NCBI GenBank assembly: GCA_038045945.1
Contig: JBBSXC010000004.1
Span: 35,077 to 99,076 of the forward strand
Reading direction: 5' to 3'
Source of the DNA: Nanobdellota archaeon
GTDB taxonomy: Archaea; Nanobdellota; Nanobdellia; Pacearchaeales; GW2011-AR1
DNA length: 64,000 bases
Each line of letters opens with the position of its first letter. The first letter of the stretch is position 1. Shown here piece by piece: positions 44,255 to 54,297 of this stretch. The notes under the pieces are model-generated. The model searched no databases. It saw nothing but the letters and a program-made list of their open reading frames with translations, and had not been told where the DNA came from. The position numbers and the translations under genes were made by a program.

Positions 44255-45735
44255 GCTATAGGATTAACACGAACAAAAAAATTCACTGCCTCTTTTAATT
44301 CAGCTGCAGATTGAGAGTAAATAGTCGTTATTTTTTCTCCCTTAATGACTTTATCACCTAAGTGCTTGTAAAGGTATAATCCTGAAGCTTTTCTTGAAGG
44401 GCAACCAGCAATTATTGCTGTTTGGTTTATTCTTTTAATATCAATATTTTTTATAGTAAAGTTTTTTTCTGCTATTATATCCTTTGAAAACTTTCCGGGT
44501 TTGAGTGAAGAAAACTTTTTTGGGTCTCCCCCTTGAGCTTTAACTATTTCTTTAAACTTCTCATAAGCTTTACCAGAGGATAATATTTCCTGCGCTAAAA
44601 ACTTACCTTTACCCTTTTTACACTTCCCTATTAACTCAAAAATGTCAGCTGACATTTCTATAGCCAGTCTCCTCATGTGATGACCCTCTGATCGTCCGCT
44701 TAATACTTCAATTACTTCTTTAGCTTCTAGTAACGGTCCAACACCACTACCCCTAGGCTCTCTTTCGTGGAATAAGAAGCATTTTAGTTTAATCCCGACC
44801 TTTTTCCCTACTGACTCAAACTTTTTTTCTAATTTTAAAGCATCAGACTTATCCTTAACTTTCGCTGTTACACCATAAGGTATATCGATAATTGCGTATT
44901 TGGCTCCAACTGACAACTTCTTTGATATTATACTAGCTAAAAGTTGTGGTTCTGGGTCTAAATGTAACATTTTTTCAACTTTTATTAGTTTATCATCAGC
45001 TGGTGCGAATCCTAATGTTCCACCCCAGACTATGCAGGCATTAGTTTTATGAATTATTCTTCTAAGCTGAGCAGGACTGAATGATACGTTACACAATACT
45101 TCCATACAGTCAGCAGTCCCTGAAGGACTAGTTATGGCTCTGGAGGAAGTCTTAGGCATCGTTACTCCAGCAGCAGAACAAATAGATATTACTATAGGCG
45201 TTATCCTACCAGAAACTCCGCCAATACTGTGTTTGTCAACGATTAACTTCTTTTTTAGGTTTAATTTAACTCCCGTATCAACCATTGCACGAGTTAAATC
45301 AACTGTTTCTCGCAAAGACATACCACAACGATAAATTGCTGCAACAAAATAAGCTATTTCAGCACCAACTAAAACATTATTTGTTATGTCTTTCATAACC
45401 TTCTCTAATTCTTCATAACTTAGAGGCGCACATGACAACTTTTTATGTATTAATTCAACACTTTCTTCATGAGTTGTTAAATCAACTTTTATCATGTCAC
45501 CAGCTTTAACATTTAATGCTAATACTGCTTCAGTTGATAAAATAATCTCATCTTTTTTTACGAATCCATCAGCAATATCAACCATAGCTACAGTTTTACG
45601 AGAATTTTTTGATATTAGCACTCTTCCATCAATCTCCACACCTATGCTTTTTGACAATGATTCGTTCAGCATTACTACAGCACCACCTGCTGACCAATTT
45701 AGAATTTTTACTCTTAATAACAAATTATTTTTCAC
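44251..45735 (-). CDS. AMP phosphorylase / thymidine phosphorylase-family (DeoA-like, long archaeal form)
   Basis: DKHSIGGVSGRITPIVISI (DKHSTGG pyrimidine-nucleoside phosphorylase motif). ~100-aa N-terminal extension and ~494 aa overall, as in archaeal AMP phosphorylases. Confidence 0.75.
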   Translation of the reverse strand: MKNNLLLRVKILNWSAGGAVVMLNESLSKSIGVEIDGRVLISKNSRKTVAMVDIADGFVKKDEIILSTEAVLALNVKAGDMIKVDLTTHEESVELIHKKLSCAPLSYEELEKVMKDITNNVLVGAEIAYFVAAIYRCGMSLRETVDLTRAMVDTGVKLNLKKKLIVDKHSIGGVSGRITPIVISICSAAGVTMPKTSSRAITSPSGTADCMEVLCNVSFSPAQLRRIIHKTNACIVWGGTLGFAPADDKLIKVEKMLHLDPEPQLLASIISKKLSVGAKYAIIDIPYGVTAKVKDKSDALKLEKKFESVGKKVGIKLKCFLFHEREPRGSGVGPLLEAKEVIEVLSGRSEGHHMRRLAIEMSADIFELIGKCKKGKGKFLAQEILSSGKAYEKFKEIVKAQGGDPKKFSSLKPGKFSKDIIAEKNFTIKNIDIKRINQTAIIAGCPSRKASGLYLYKHLGDKVIKGEKITTIYSQSAAELKEAVNFFVRVNPIA

Positions 45736-45788
45736 CTCTCAAGGTGATAAACAGTAAAGCGTTTTTATACCTTTGTGATAAACCCTTC

Positions 45789-46919
45789 TTATTCGAATAG
45801 TGATGACAACTCTTTCTTACGGTAAGCTTCGAATAATACTATTAGGTATGATAATATTAGCGGTCCTAGTATGAATCCTAGTATTCCGAAAGCGAATAAT
45901 CCTCCAACCATCCCTATTAGCCCTATTGCTGTGTGCATCTTACCGTTTTTTGATATGTAGTATGTTCTTAGTATTCCTTCAACCACTATTGTGACTACGA
46001 CCGCATAAATTGCTAATGCTACTCCGTAACCCACATGATCATTAGAGATTAAGTAAATTGATGCTGGAACCCAAACCATCCATATCCCTAGTATTGGTAT
46101 TATCCCGAAAAGTATTGCTACGAACGTTAATAGTAGTGCGCTTGGTACTTTGAATGCGAATAATCCTATACCTATAAGTATTCCCATAACCACACTCACG
46201 ATTATTGAACCGTAAATTACTGCGTTAGTAATATTTTTGAATTCTGACATAAGCTTTTGTTCTGTCTTTTCTGTGAATGGCGATATGCTTTTAATGTACT
46301 CACCAAAATTCTTAGAGTCTTTTAGAGAGTAGAATAATGAGAATAACACTATTAATCCCTCAAGTATTAGCGTTGGTAAATCAAAGAGGAAGTTTGAGAA
46401 TGTTCCTGAGAATCCTCCAGCTGCCTTCCCAACTAATGCTGATAGTGCTGCGCTTAGATTAGCATAAAATACTTCGTTAAACACCCCATCTGCGAACAGG
46501 CGCCTCATAAACGATACTAAATCCACCTTCTGTATCATTATGAAAAAGTCAAATACTTGTTGACTTATCACTGGGAACAAAAACCATAACGGTAAAAAGA
46601 TTATTAGAAATACTAAGAAAATGATTATTAATGCAGAAATATTTCTTTCTTTAACGAATGATAAAATCTTGTTATATAAAGGCCTAAAAATGTACCCTAA
46701 TAGAAGACCGGTAATTATTGCTAAAAATATTGGTTTTACTATTATAACTGACAAAACTATCAAACAAAGAATCAGTGCTACCGATATATACTTTCTAAGA
46801 TGTATTTCTGAGGACATAAATGTAGCAGTAGTAACAAACTTATAAACCTTATTATAACTACGATGATAATCAGAGTTATCATGAAAAGAAATAATTTTGT
46901 AGTAACAAATTCTTATCAA
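45789..46919 (-). CDS. AI-2E family (PerM/UPF0118) transporter-like membrane protein
   Basis: Eight or so TM helices with an IPILGIWMVWVPASIY region typical of AI-2E transporters. Start uncertain. Confidence 0.5.
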   Translation of the reverse strand: MIRICYYKIISFHDNSDYHRSYNKVYKFVTTATFMSSEIHLRKYISVALILCLIVLSVIIVKPIFLAIITGLLLGYIFRPLYNKILSFVKERNISALIIIFLVFLIIFLPLWFLFPVISQQVFDFFIMIQKVDLVSFMRRLFADGVFNEVFYANLSAALSALVGKAAGGFSGTFSNFLFDLPTLILEGLIVLFSLFYSLKDSKNFGEYIKSISPFTEKTEQKLMSEFKNITNAVIYGSIIVSVVMGILIGIGLFAFKVPSALLLTFVAILFGIIPILGIWMVWVPASIYLISNDHVGYGVALAIYAVVVTIVVEGILRTYYISKNGKMHTAIGLIGMVGGLFAFGILGFILGPLILSYLIVLFEAYRKKELSSLFE

Positions 46920-46954
46920 TTAGATTTATAAATATAAAATCACGTTTTATTATT

Positions 46955-47674
46955 ATGAATAGTACAATTAACAAAGTTTTTTCTGGAAAAATCGATGATG
47001 AAGCTCATGGCGACTTCGTAAAGTTTAGTAAAGGACTTTTTACTGATAAGTTCTTAGTTGATGCTAAGAAACAGAAGGGCGGAATTTTCTCTTTTAAGAC
47101 TAGTTACGAGTTTGCTAACTACTTGGTTAGGACTTGCGCTAGTGAAGTATCCGATAATTCACCAATTGAGGTTACAGGAGTTGTTGTTTCTACTCGTAAC
47201 TTAAAGAGCGAACTACCTTTCCCAATTAGTAGCGTTAAACAATTCGCTGGCGTTAAACAAGCAATCATTAAAGCTTCTATTAAGCCTTCAGACATATTGG
47301 CAGCTACTGAAAAACTCCCTAAAGCTTTTTTTGCATTATCATTCAAAACTAGTAAGAGTCAACTAAAAATTAAAGCTAAGGCCCCTAAATCAGGAAAGCC
47401 ATCAACTAAGGGAGACGTTAAAGCTGTTCCAGACTTTTGCAGCCTTAAAACCACAAACCACGTTATAGTTCACGACTTATTATTTGACATTAAAGATAAA
47501 GTTTTTGATTCAGCAAGCATCTCTCACAATTTTGAGATTAAGAGGATTAATGTTCCTAAAGGAGTAACTGACCCTGTTGCTATGAGAGAGAAAGCAACAA
47601 GAGAAGGAACAATTAAGAGAAGAATAATTCTTGGAGAAGAAGTATTTGAAGAAAGTAAAGAATTCAACATTTAA
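46955..47674 (+). CDS. Hypothetical protein
   Basis: 239 aa, soluble. No motif recognised. Confidence 0.4.
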   Translation: MNSTINKVFSGKIDDEAHGDFVKFSKGLFTDKFLVDAKKQKGGIFSFKTSYEFANYLVRTCASEVSDNSPIEVTGVVVSTRNLKSELPFPISSVKQFAGVKQAIIKASIKPSDILAATEKLPKAFFALSFKTSKSQLKIKAKAPKSGKPSTKGDVKAVPDFCSLKTTNHVIVHDLLFDIKDKVFDSASISHNFEIKRINVPKGVTDPVAMREKATREGTIKRRIILGEEVFEESKEFNI

Positions 47675-47730
47675 TAATTATATTCTTGAGAATAATTAAT
47701 GTTATAAGCTAACCAATCGCCCACCATAAC

Positions 47731-48141
47731 ATGAGCTACTCTCCACAAACTGGTAAAACAATCCTAGAAAAGCTTAGAGAAAAATCATGGAACCCTTATG
47801 ATTCAACTAATACTAGAAGCATCGGATCTGATGGGGTTATAAGAAACGGCCCTGCCGAGGAATTTGCAATAGGCAATAAGTACGTTTTGTTACCAGTAGC
47901 TAAAAACCCAAGAGATCCAGAACAGGTCATGAGTAAACTTGAGAAATTATCCGTAAAAATCGGTAGAGAAACTCCAACAATTATGGTTAGAGGCGAAAGA
48001 ATGGGGTGGACAGGTTTTAGAATAGGAGCACAAGACATTAAAGTAATTAATGAGATGGGGCAAATTGTTCCATACGAAGAATTCTTAAGATGTTTAGAAA
48101 CAATTGTTGATGCAAGAACAGGCATTTATCCAGCAGACTAA
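47731..48141 (+). CDS. Hypothetical protein
   Basis: 136 aa, soluble. Tandem with the previous gene. Confidence 0.4.
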   Translation: MSYSPQTGKTILEKLREKSWNPYDSTNTRSIGSDGVIRNGPAEEFAIGNKYVLLPVAKNPRDPEQVMSKLEKLSVKIGRETPTIMVRGERMGWTGFRIGAQDIKVINEMGQIVPYEEFLRCLETIVDARTGIYPAD

Positions 48142-48198
48142 TCAGCCCATAACGCTTTAATACTTACTCAATGCTTAATTACTCAAAGGTGATGAAAG

Positions 48199-49629
48199 TT
48201 GAATTCTGAAAAAAATAAGAAAATCTCAGCTCTAAAAACAAGTATTTACGAAGGAGGAGGATTTGAGGTTATGAGCGGTTTTGGAACAAGGTACTTATCA
48301 CCCTTCGCTGTTGCACTAGGAGCAGGCAACACTTTTATGAGCTTGTTTGCAACCTTGCCAACTCTAATAGCAGGGCTTTTCCAAATACTAACACTAAAAT
48401 CCTTTTATGATCACTCAAGAAAAAAAGTTGTTATGTTCAGCGTTGCAGCACAAATAATTTTTTGGCTCCCACTAGTTTTTTGCGCATCATTATTTTATTA
48501 TGATAAAATAAGTGTTAGTTTATCACTAATAATACTCTTCTTGTCATACACACTACTATCAATATTTGGTGCTTTAGCAAGCCCATCTTGGAATTCTTGG
48601 ATGAGGGACCTTGTACCTAAAAAATCCGGGAACTATTTTGGCAAGAGAACAGCAATAATTGGAACTATTGGAATAATATCAATGGTTATTGGTGGAATAA
48701 TTTTAGACTTTTTCAAAAAATCATCCCCTAACAAACTAATGATTGGTTTCTCAGTAATTTTCATAATAGCAATAATTGGAAGATCAGTATCATTATCGTT
48801 TTTTAGGAAACAGTATGAACCAAAACATAAAAGTTATAAGTCATCATACTTCAGCTTTTTTTCATTTATAAAAAACATTGAAAAACATGGTAACAACTTC
48901 GGAAAGTTTTCTGTGTTCATAGGAATTTTTGGTTTAGGAGTGGCTATTGCTTCACCATTCTTCTCAGTTTACATGTTAAAAGACATAGGATTCTCAAACT
49001 CATACTTGTCTTACACAATAATATCAATTGTTTCCTTAGCATCAATAATGGCTTTTTCTCCATCATGGGGAAGAATCATTGATAAGCATGGTAACGTAGC
49101 AGTGATGAAGTTTTGCTCAATAGGGATAGCATTCGTACCATTACTGTGGGCTTTCTCTTTTATGATATACAACAACTTCGGCTTTTCAGTAACTGCTGCT
49201 TACTTATTCTTTATTGAAATATTCACAGGTTTCGTTTGGGGCGGTTATAACCTATCATCAGCAGTTTTTATTTATGAAGCAGTAACTAAAGAAAAAATGG
49301 CTTTGTGCGTTGCTTACAATGGAATTATTGGTGCAGCAGGAGCTGTAATAGGATCGATAATTGGGAGAATAATGATGAACTATAGTGGGCCAATACCAAT
49401 TTTAGGAAATGTAAACTACTTCGTTTTCGTGTTCTTAATCAGTTTTGTTGCTAGACTAACAATAGCAATATTTTTCTCCTCAACCTTTAAAGAAGTAAGA
49501 AAAGTCAAGAAAGCGAGCCTTAACCTTAAAGACGTCCAAGAAGCAGCACTTTACCCACTAACAATAATAAAAAAGTACACTAACAACCACCAATGGTCAT
49601 TATTCCACCCGCCATGGAAAGCAATATAA
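48199..49629 (+). CDS. MFS-type transporter
   Basis: About 12 TM helices in two blocks. Start uncertain. Confidence 0.65.
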   Translation: MNSEKNKKISALKTSIYEGGGFEVMSGFGTRYLSPFAVALGAGNTFMSLFATLPTLIAGLFQILTLKSFYDHSRKKVVMFSVAAQIIFWLPLVFCASLFYYDKISVSLSLIILFLSYTLLSIFGALASPSWNSWMRDLVPKKSGNYFGKRTAIIGTIGIISMVIGGIILDFFKKSSPNKLMIGFSVIFIIAIIGRSVSLSFFRKQYEPKHKSYKSSYFSFFSFIKNIEKHGNNFGKFSVFIGIFGLGVAIASPFFSVYMLKDIGFSNSYLSYTIISIVSLASIMAFSPSWGRIIDKHGNVAVMKFCSIGIAFVPLLWAFSFMIYNNFGFSVTAAYLFFIEIFTGFVWGGYNLSSAVFIYEAVTKEKMALCVAYNGIIGAAGAVIGSIIGRIMMNYSGPIPILGNVNYFVFVFLISFVARLTIAIFFSSTFKEVRKVKKASLNLKDVQEAALYPLTIIKKYTNNHQWSLFHPPWKAI

Positions 49630-49631
49630 TG

Positions 49632-51017
49632 CTATTCTTTCAAAAAACTTAGTCTGTCACAAGCCTTGCATACGATGTTGAATCCGTCATTCTTAGCTAA
49701 ATTACTAGTTGAAGTATGCTTTTTACAAATAATGCATTGTTTAAGACATCTAGTACAACCAGATTTACCATTACTAAAATCTTCCCTAGAATGATTCTTA
49801 CAAACTCCAGATTTGCAGATATTACAATAAGAAAAGCACTTACCACAAAGCTTCTTAGCGCAATAATCACAGTTCTTGGTTGAACACTTCTTACACATTG
49901 GGCTGTAACAATCAGAACAATTCCATGAACAATTAACACAAGAAAGGTGAGAAGAGTTACAAAGACTTAATTCAACAGTTTCTCTCTCGCACGAATCACA
50001 CTTGAAAGGGGGGGAAAGCTTTTGTGTGAAAGGATCATAATTCTTATCAACAAACTTAGTCTTATCCTTAGACTTAATTTGAAGAGTAAAAGTGTAAAGA
50101 GGACAAGCAATCAGTGTTGTGCTTAACAACTTATTATTAACATTAAGTCCGTGCTTTTGAGACTCCTCAAGCAAAAAGAAAGATTCTTCATGCGTTAGAT
50201 TCTTCAAATAATCAGAATTTTTTAGTTCATCAATGCTCTTCTTAACCTTAAGGATTTTTTGAGAAATAGTCAATAAGTCACCAGGCTTAGCCTTAGACTG
50301 CTGTTTTTCTAGATCATTAGCTTGAGCTTGTAGTCTAGTAATAGAAACTTCGTATTCTGCTCTTTGTTTAGAATAATGCTCCTTAATCCGCGCCTCCTCC
50401 TTAGCCAACTTATCAGTTAATAACACACTTGTTTGATCAATTCTAGAACTAACAAGCTCCTTAAGGTGCTTTTTTGCAGAATCATAATTATTCTTAGACA
50501 TGGTAGGATCAGCCGCAATCTCAAAAGGCTCAGACTTATAATTGTCTAACAAAAAATTAACAACTTCACCATTCTTAATGAATAATTGGTTAACAACCTG
50601 CTCCTTCTCATTAAGATACTGTAAGAGTGTTTGAAAAGTGAATCGGTAAACAAAATCATAATTCTCCTTAGTTGTGAAACCAACAATTTCAGCATTCCGC
50701 AAGCGTAAATGCCTCTTAAAAGCGCCTAAGTAGTCATCAGGAAAAATAATTCTAACACAACTAGTACTGCCCTTCTTTTCTAAATAATCAGAAATTTTTT
50801 GCAAAATAAGACTGCCTTTAGTAACAAGTTCTGTGAAAGACTTACCACTAATAATAGAAGGATCATAATTGAAAGAGTAAGGTCCAGCCTTGCCGTAACT
50901 ATTCTCAAAATCCTTAGGAACGCTAGTAATATCACTAGAAACAGAATCAGAATTTACAGTTGCACCTATACCCTTAAAGAATTCTTCAACTAAGGGTCGC
51001 AAATCATTATTATCCAT
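49632..51017 (-). CDS. Coiled-coil protein with a C-terminal array of CxxC zinc ribbons; partner of the SNF2 helicase
   Basis: 461 aa: N-terminal alpha/beta region, central coiled coil (QRAEYEVSITRLQAQANDLEKQQ), C-terminal ~160 aa with nine CxxC pairs. Start overlaps the upstream helicase gene by 8 nt. Confidence 0.55.
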   Translation of the reverse strand: MDNNDLRPLVEEFFKGIGATVNSDSVSSDITSVPKDFENSYGKAGPYSFNYDPSIISGKSFTELVTKGSLILQKISDYLEKKGSTSCVRIIFPDDYLGAFKRHLRLRNAEIVGFTTKENYDFVYRFTFQTLLQYLNEKEQVVNQLFIKNGEVVNFLLDNYKSEPFEIAADPTMSKNNYDSAKKHLKELVSSRIDQTSVLLTDKLAKEEARIKEHYSKQRAEYEVSITRLQAQANDLEKQQSKAKPGDLLTISQKILKVKKSIDELKNSDYLKNLTHEESFFLLEESQKHGLNVNNKLLSTTLIACPLYTFTLQIKSKDKTKFVDKNYDPFTQKLSPPFKCDSCERETVELSLCNSSHLSCVNCSWNCSDCYSPMCKKCSTKNCDYCAKKLCGKCFSYCNICKSGVCKNHSREDFSNGKSGCTRCLKQCIICKKHTSTSNLAKNDGFNIVCKACDRLSFLKE

Positions 51018-52857
51018 TGTTTAATACCTCTAATTTTTCTTCGTCAGGGACTTTTGTTTCATCAAATTTTCCTTTATCAAGTATTTCCTCATTCTTAGTC
51101 TTTGTTTCTTGATAATCCTTAATGCCTTTTTGCACGAGCTCCGAAATCTTTTTTACGTCAGCAGCAAAAACGTCCAGGTTATTCTTAGACTCAATAAAAG
51201 CATCCATTAACATCTCCTCAATCTTATTCCTACCAGACTCCATATCACTATCAAGACCAAGATTAAACAATATGATAGGCAACTCCCCAATAACTAAACC
51301 AATACAACACATCTTATTAATTATTAAGTCAACAACGTGTTCCTCCATAGTCTTCTTAGTTGCTAAACTATAAACGTTCATGTCATGACTTTGACCAATC
51401 CTGTCAAGCCTCCCAATTCTTTGCTCAACAGACATGGGATTCCAAGGCAAATCATAATTTATTAGGTTATGACAAAACTGAAAGTTTAATCCCTCAGCAC
51501 CAGTCTCAGTAGAAATCATTATGTTAGCACCATTACGAAAAGCTAAAACTCTTTTACTTTTCTCTTCTCTATCAAGACCGCCCAAGTATTCAACAATACT
51601 AAGTTTTATTTCACCTAACTGACTAAGCTTCTCAACCATATACCTTAAGGTTGTTGGGTGACGAGTATAAATCAAAACTTGTTCTTTAGGGTTATCTTTA
51701 AATATTCCTCTAATTATTTCTAGCAACTTCTCCATTTTAGAGTCCTTCTGGATAGCTTTATACTTAGCCAGAACTCTTAAAGCAGAAATCTTTGTTTTTG
51801 CATGATACTTATGCTCACTTGCTATAATGTTTTCTAAAGTTTCCATAGCAGACTTTATAGAACTAGTCATTTTTGGAAGCATAGCAAAAATTATTAGACG
51901 ACCATTCATCTCCATGCCATCTAAAGAAAAATATTCTTTCTTAAGTAACTCGCACATGGAGTTGTAAGCGTCCAGTTCCTGAGGTGTTAATTCTACAGCT
52001 ATGATCTTAGCTACTCTTTTTTTGTAATCAACCTTTGTTTCGTCACGCCTCCTACGAATCATTACTTCATCAAGCTTCTTTTTCAGTTCTCTAGGCTTAA
52101 GAGGATGCCTCTTATTCCCGCGATAAAAAAACTCTTTTTTGAATTCGTTAATTGTTCCTAAATGACCTCTCTTTAACAAATGAAGAAGATTATAAAGTTC
52201 TAATAAATCATTTTGGAATGGTGTGGCCGTTAACACCAAAAACCTCTTCTTTTGTATTTTGTCAACAAACTCCCACCTCCTAGTATTCCTATCCTTGAGT
52301 TTGTGTGCTTCATCAACTATTAACAAATCCCAAGCAATTTTGTGTGCTTCGCTGTGTCGAAAATCTCCTTTATCCTTATCAAATACTTTCACTCTATCCA
52401 TTGACGCTACGACCAAGTTCGCTGTCAACCAGTCTTCTTCTTTCTCTATTATTTTAAAGTCTAACTCAAACTTTTCTTTAAGTTCAGCAACCCACTGATC
52501 AACTAAGCTTGGAGGCGTTAGTATCAAAGCCTTCTTTACTATCCCCCTATGCAAACACTCCTTTATCACGATCCCAGCAGTTACTGTCTTTCCGAGTCCC
52601 ACTTCATCAGCAAGCAGCCCAGAACCTTTTAAGTCTCGTAAAATTTTTAGTGCTCCCTCTTTTTGGTGAGGTAACTCATACAAGAGATTTTTTCTTATTG
52701 CTTCATAACTCATTATTTCTTTTATTTCAGAATCATGCATTACTTCTTGAGAGCTAAGATTAAGTTTTGCTAGTGCTGGACTATCATACTTCTTTTCATC
52801 TAATTTTTTTAGCATTTCGCTATCATCATCAAATGATTCATTAATAGTTATCACCAT
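51010..52857 (-). CDS. SNF2/Rad54-family helicase, core only
   Basis: Walker A LADEVGLGKTVTAG, DEAH box LIVDEAHKLKD, LVLTATPFQN, helicase-C TETGAEGLNFQ, and motif VI QRIGRLDRIGQ. Confidence 0.9.
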   Translation of the reverse strand: MVITINESFDDDSEMLKKLDEKKYDSPALAKLNLSSQEVMHDSEIKEIMSYEAIRKNLLYELPHQKEGALKILRDLKGSGLLADEVGLGKTVTAGIVIKECLHRGIVKKALILTPPSLVDQWVAELKEKFELDFKIIEKEEDWLTANLVVASMDRVKVFDKDKGDFRHSEAHKIAWDLLIVDEAHKLKDRNTRRWEFVDKIQKKRFLVLTATPFQNDLLELYNLLHLLKRGHLGTINEFKKEFFYRGNKRHPLKPRELKKKLDEVMIRRRRDETKVDYKKRVAKIIAVELTPQELDAYNSMCELLKKEYFSLDGMEMNGRLIIFAMLPKMTSSIKSAMETLENIIASEHKYHAKTKISALRVLAKYKAIQKDSKMEKLLEIIRGIFKDNPKEQVLIYTRHPTTLRYMVEKLSQLGEIKLSIVEYLGGLDREEKSKRVLAFRNGANIMISTETGAEGLNFQFCHNLINYDLPWNPMSVEQRIGRLDRIGQSHDMNVYSLATKKTMEEHVVDLIINKMCCIGLVIGELPIILFNLGLDSDMESGRNKIEEMLMDAFIESKNNLDVFAADVKKISELVQKGIKDYQETKTKNEEILDKGKFDETKVPDEEKLEVLNNG

Positions 52858-52961
52858 GTTATATGTTTGTTATTACCTCTTACCGTTTTTCCTCTTTTGA
52901 AAGTTATTTATCAAATAATTAGTGGTTTTTAAGAATGATTATAATGAAAAAGTTAAAATAA

Positions 52962-53495
52962 TTACAAGCCAAGAACAAAATCAGCGAATTCTCTTCTCAC
53001 AATAGCAAGTTCTCTCATTCCTTCTTTACCAAGGCCAATTGCAATTGGGGAGTCAGATTGAGGAGATTCAGAAGGATTATCAATAGTTATTAGATAATCC
53101 TTAGACTTTTTATCAATACTAAAAACTTCATAATTAGTACTGTTATAATGTCTAAGTCCGTATAATTCCATAAAACCATTAGAAACAATTACTCTTGGAC
53201 CAAGACTATCAGACCTAAAATTTGCAGAAACACTTGAAGATTTTCCAGCCCCGTCAGAGTTAACCCCAGACCAAGAAAGAACTTCACCAGGGAGAATCAT
53301 GTTCTCCAGAACGTAAGCCCTTACTGAATCCCTACCCGCACTTTTCAAATTGCAGTAAAACAAAGGATCATCTTTTAATTTACGCCCATCATCAGACCTA
53401 TGAAGATCTAAATCAATACCCCTTTTCCTAGACTCCTCAATAACTTTAGCTACTTGCTCAGCACTAAGACTTTTATCTAATAGGAATATACTCAT
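52962..53495 (-). CDS. Hypothetical protein
   Basis: 177 aa. Divergent from the Ntn-hydrolase gene. Confidence 0.4.
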   Translation of the reverse strand: MSIFLLDKSLSAEQVAKVIEESRKRGIDLDLHRSDDGRKLKDDPLFYCNLKSAGRDSVRAYVLENMILPGEVLSWSGVNSDGAGKSSSVSANFRSDSLGPRVIVSNGFMELYGLRHYNSTNYEVFSIDKKSKDYLITIDNPSESPQSDSPIAIGLGKEGMRELAIVRREFADFVLGL

Positions 53496-53588
53496 AATAA
53501 AACTAAAAATAACAGCTATATAAACCTTACCCTTTAGATTAACTTATTAGTAGTAACATTTATATATCCTCCTTCCTCTTATTTTTTT

Positions 53589-54278
53589 ATGACTACTGTT
53601 GTTGGCATATCTCATGAAGACCCTAATGTAGCATTGCTTGCGGCTGACAGGCAGGGAACAATAATGCTTGAGGGCAGAGCTCAGGAAAAGAGCATGGGGC
53701 ATAGAAAACTATTCTTAGATAAGGATGGAAATTATGCTCTTGGACACTCCGGCGCTTATGACGAAAAAACTGCTGAGCTTATAGAAAAAATTCAATCAGG
53801 AAAAATTGATATGAAAGCAGTTGTTGAAAGCGGCAAATTTGAAGAATTAAGAGAACTGAATCTTGGTAGATTGGGGAGAAAGACTCCAGATCTTGAAAGA
53901 ATGAGCTCATTCTTATTAATCAGCAGGTATGACGGAAAGACCAGACTTCAAACCTGTTGGCCCTTAGGAGATGTCGAGAATAGAGGCCTTACTTATATCG
54001 GCTCTGGAAGTCAAAGGGCCGCAGAATACTTCAACGCAAGAAAAACATTGTCGCAAACAAGAGATTACAGAAGGTTGAAGAATGATAAAACAGAGATAGC
54101 AGACATAATTGTTGCGGGTCTTGAAGCCGTGAGATATGCTCAAATGATTGACATACACTCCTCAGGACTAGACCTAGTTGTTGCAACCCCAGAGGGTTTG
54201 AAAGACCATGAGACATCTCTTAGTGATGACTTCTTTGCAAGAAAACTAAAGACTATATGCAGAGACTATAAGAAATAA
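53589..54278 (+). CDS. Stand-alone proteasome-beta/HslV-like Ntn hydrolase
   Basis: Thr directly follows the initiator Met (MTTVVGIS...VALLAADRQGT), with a later YIGSGSQRA (GSGS motif). No propeptide and no proteasome alpha or HslU gene nearby. Confidence 0.5.
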   Translation: MTTVVGISHEDPNVALLAADRQGTIMLEGRAQEKSMGHRKLFLDKDGNYALGHSGAYDEKTAELIEKIQSGKIDMKAVVESGKFEELRELNLGRLGRKTPDLERMSSFLLISRYDGKTRLQTCWPLGDVENRGLTYIGSGSQRAAEYFNARKTLSQTRDYRRLKNDKTEIADIIVAGLEAVRYAQMIDIHSSGLDLVVATPEGLKDHETSLSDDFFARKLKTICRDYKK

Positions 54279-54297
54279 CCAACTGGTAAACCACTAA

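Noticed and set aside
49632-51017. SWIM zinc finger as partner of the SNF2 helicase
   Set aside because: The SWIM signature CxCx(n)CxH is absent. All Cys occur as CxxC pairs, so it is called a multi-zinc-ribbon protein instead.
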